Shown here: in pieces, positions 62,018 through 64,000 of the stretch
Numbering within the stretch: the stretch's first letter is position 1
How the letters are laid out: every line of letters starts with the position of its first letter
The notes under the pieces: model-generated
Told to the model about the DNA's origin: nothing
The model's input: only the letters and a program-made list of their open reading frames with translations
Database searches by the model: none
Assembly: GCA_965207905.1 (NCBI GenBank)
Contig: OZ242316.1
Coordinates: 4,163,848-4,227,847 of the forward strand
Reading direction: 5' to 3'
Length of the DNA stretch: 64,000 nt
Origin: Phototrophicaceae bacterium
GTDB taxonomy: Bacteria > Chloroflexota > Anaerolineae > Aggregatilineales > Phototrophicaceae
Translations under genes and position numbers: made by a program

Positions 62018-63040
62018 CTAGTTTGGTATGTGATCTATCGTTTCGCCGCGCCGGTGGGCCAGGGCCGTCTCCACCATCTTGTCGAACGTAAATTGCGGAT
62101 TGTATCCCAGCATTGAACGCGCCTTTTCATTTGAGACATGCGGGCCCCAGTAGAAGGGCATCTTGACGTCGATGTAGGGCCGCGCGGTGTTATCGGCGAT
62201 CAGACGAGCAGCGGCGGTATACGCGACCGGTACGGGCCCTACCATGTTGAAGGCTTCGCCGATCGCCGTATCGCTCTCCAGCGCCAGCAGCGTGCCCGCC
62301 ACCACATCGCGTACATCGGTGAATGCCAGGGCCCATGATTTCCCATTCGCATCCGTCACGGCGCAGACGGCATCCGGCGTCTGCAGCAAGTCCGCGATGA
62401 TCGCCTGGGCTTCATCCACATGCTCCGCGCCGAACCAGGGGACGCGATTCTTGGCCACGGCGAGTTCGACAAAGTAATTCAGCCAGATCGGGTTGAGCAC
62501 GCCGAGTACCTCGTTGGCTGCCAGGATTGAACTGTAACGCAAGATCGTCACCGGCAGGCCGTACTCGGCCATGTAGGCGCGGCAGACATTTTCGGAAAGC
62601 AGCTTGGTCAGCGCGTAAATGTCGGCGGGCTGCTGTGGCGAGTGTTCAGTAAAAGTGACCTGATGGGTGACGAAGGGATTGTAAGTCTGGTCTGTGCTGG
62701 CGAGCAGGAAGCGTTTGACCGGCGTACTGGATGCCAGCGCGCCTTCCAGCAGACTGATGGTGGACTGCGTATTGATTTCGAGCATGCGCTCTGACGGATA
62801 AATGCCTTCCAGAATCTGCGCCGCCTGATGAATCACGATGTCGACGCCGTCGGCCGCGGCCCGCACGCGCTCAGCATCGGCAATATCCGCCTCTACGATC
62901 TCCACGCCTAAATTCACCGCCTTGTCTGTTTTGGGGTCGCCGGGCATCACCAGCCCGCGGATTGCATAACCGCGACCCATTAGCAGCTGCGCCAGATTCG
63001 ACCCGACGCGTCCCGTGACGCCGGAAATTAGTGCCTTCAT
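62018..63040 (-). CDS. NAD-dependent epimerase/dehydratase (extended SDR)
   Basis: 340 aa with MKALISGVTGRVGSNL (GxxGxxG) and YxxxK (YALTK). Confidence 0.85.
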   Translation of the reverse strand: MKALISGVTGRVGSNLAQLLMGRGYAIRGLVMPGDPKTDKAVNLGVEIVEADIADAERVRAAADGVDIVIHQAAQILEGIYPSERMLEINTQSTISLLEGALASSTPVKRFLLASTDQTYNPFVTHQVTFTEHSPQQPADIYALTKLLSENVCRAYMAEYGLPVTILRYSSILAANEVLGVLNPIWLNYFVELAVAKNRVPWFGAEHVDEAQAIIADLLQTPDAVCAVTDANGKSWALAFTDVRDVVAGTLLALESDTAIGEAFNMVGPVPVAYTAAARLIADNTARPYIDVKMPFYWGPHVSNEKARSMLGYNPQFTFDKMVETALAHRRGETIDHIPN

Positions 63041-63090
63041 GATTTGTCGCTCCCTACGAGTAATTTGCTAAGCCGTTCCTTGCCCTGCTG

Positions 63091-63948
63091 TTACTTGCCA
63101 GCGCCACGCGGGCGCGTCGTTGGATCGATGACATCACGCAAGCCGTCGCCCAGAACGTTCAATGAGAACACGGCGAGGAATATCGCCATGCCGGGAAACA
63201 CCGTGAACCACCAGAATCCGGTGAAGACATAATCGCGTCCGGCGCTGAGGATACCGCCCCATGTCGGCGTCGGCGGTCGCACCCCGATGCCCAGAAAGCT
63301 CAGCGACGCCTCGATGAGAATGGCGTCGGCTAGCAGCACGGTGACTTGCACCGCCAGCGGCGGAAAGGCGTTGACCAGCAGGTGCCGGCGTAGCACCGCC
63401 GCAGTCGACGAGCCCATCGCCCGGGCGGCCAGCACATAATCCTGGTTGCGTTCGCTGATGGCGACGCTGCGCGCGATGCGCGTGAATTGCGGAATGGTAA
63501 CCAGCGCGACCACGATGACTACATTAAGCAAGCTCGGTCCCAATGTCGCCATCAAGAATATCGCCAGCACAATCGGCGGAAAGGCGAAGAAGATGTCGAT
63601 CACCCGCATGATGATCTCATCGACGCGACCGCCGATATAACCGGCCGCCAAGCCGATTGTGGTGCCAACGGTGACTGCCAGGATCACCGCCAGCGAACCC
63701 AGGCCGAGAGAAATCTGCGTACCGTGGATGACTCGGCTTAGAATGTCGCGCCCGAATTGATCGGTGCCGAAACGGTAGATCTCGTTAGGTGGTTTCAGGG
63801 TGTCAGACAGATGCTGCGCAGTAGGATCAAAGGGCGAGATTTGGCCGGCGAATACCGCGCTGACGGACAGGATGAGCAGGACGATCAGCCCGATCATAGC
63901 CAGCGGGTCGTTCCTCAGCCACCACAATCTATCTACTGCGCGCTTCAT
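63091..63948 (-). CDS. ABC transporter permease, Dpp/Opp type (DppC-like)
   Basis: 285 aa. It has N-terminal RLWWLRNDPLAMIGLIVLLILS, then FGTDQFGRDILSRVIHG, and an EAA-like loop AARAMGSSTAAVLRRHLLVNA. Confidence 0.85.
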   Translation of the reverse strand: MKRAVDRLWWLRNDPLAMIGLIVLLILSVSAVFAGQISPFDPTAQHLSDTLKPPNEIYRFGTDQFGRDILSRVIHGTQISLGLGSLAVILAVTVGTTIGLAAGYIGGRVDEIIMRVIDIFFAFPPIVLAIFLMATLGPSLLNVVIVVALVTIPQFTRIARSVAISERNQDYVLAARAMGSSTAAVLRRHLLVNAFPPLAVQVTVLLADAILIEASLSFLGIGVRPPTPTWGGILSAGRDYVFTGFWWFTVFPGMAIFLAVFSLNVLGDGLRDVIDPTTRPRGAGK

Positions 63949-64000
63949 GGCTGGGTATCCCGAATGCGTGGGTCGATCAGTGTATAAAGAAAATCAATCG
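63945..64000 (-). CDS. C-terminal end of a DppB-like ABC permease (gene body beyond the window end)
   Basis: My minus-strand translation reads ...DFLYTLIDPRIRDTQP-stop, the conserved DppB/OppB tail. The stop overlaps the downstream ATG (ATGA). Confidence 0.7.
   Translation of the reverse strand, partial: IDFLYTLIDPRIRDTQP

Overview
The window looks like a high-GC chromosomal segment from a free-living bacterium. The gene content, the many Uma2 and GxxExxY genes and the repeat types suggest Chloroflexota, but this is a low-confidence inference. The backbone is ordinary sugar and organic-acid catabolism. It includes two ABC uptake loci, five Gfo/Idh/MocA oxidoreductases, xylose-isomerase-like TIM barrels, ThuA, two PhyH dioxygenases, an IlvD/Edd dehydratase, a fused indolepyruvate:ferredoxin oxidoreductase, a SulP transporter and a large BNR/VPS10-type protein. 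Small islets that look AT-richer by eye (not computed) interrupt this backbone. They carry toxin-antitoxin modules (MazEF plus two orphan MazE, and two VapC loci), a GxxExxY gene with an IS110 element, four Uma2 genes and three unusual candidates. The candidates are a Zn-ribbon + TIR-domain gene pair (34.9-36.4 kb), a DUF4365-like + 385-aa gene pair (40.4-42.1 kb) and a protein with three GIY-YIG/T5orf172-like modules (9.2-10.6 kb). Three cross-cutting structural patterns stand out. First, islets are bounded by inverted copies of a dispersed TTTTT-ACCACAGAG / CTCTGTGGT-AAAAA repeat family. Second, three cassettes are flanked by direct duplications of the terminus of the neighbouring gene. Third, G/C-rich palindromic elements sit in frame inside the 1140-aa BNR gene, with a related intergenic copy elsewhere. 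I saw no rRNA, tRNA or CRISPR array. All functional calls come from reading the translated ORFs and recalling family motifs; no database search was run.
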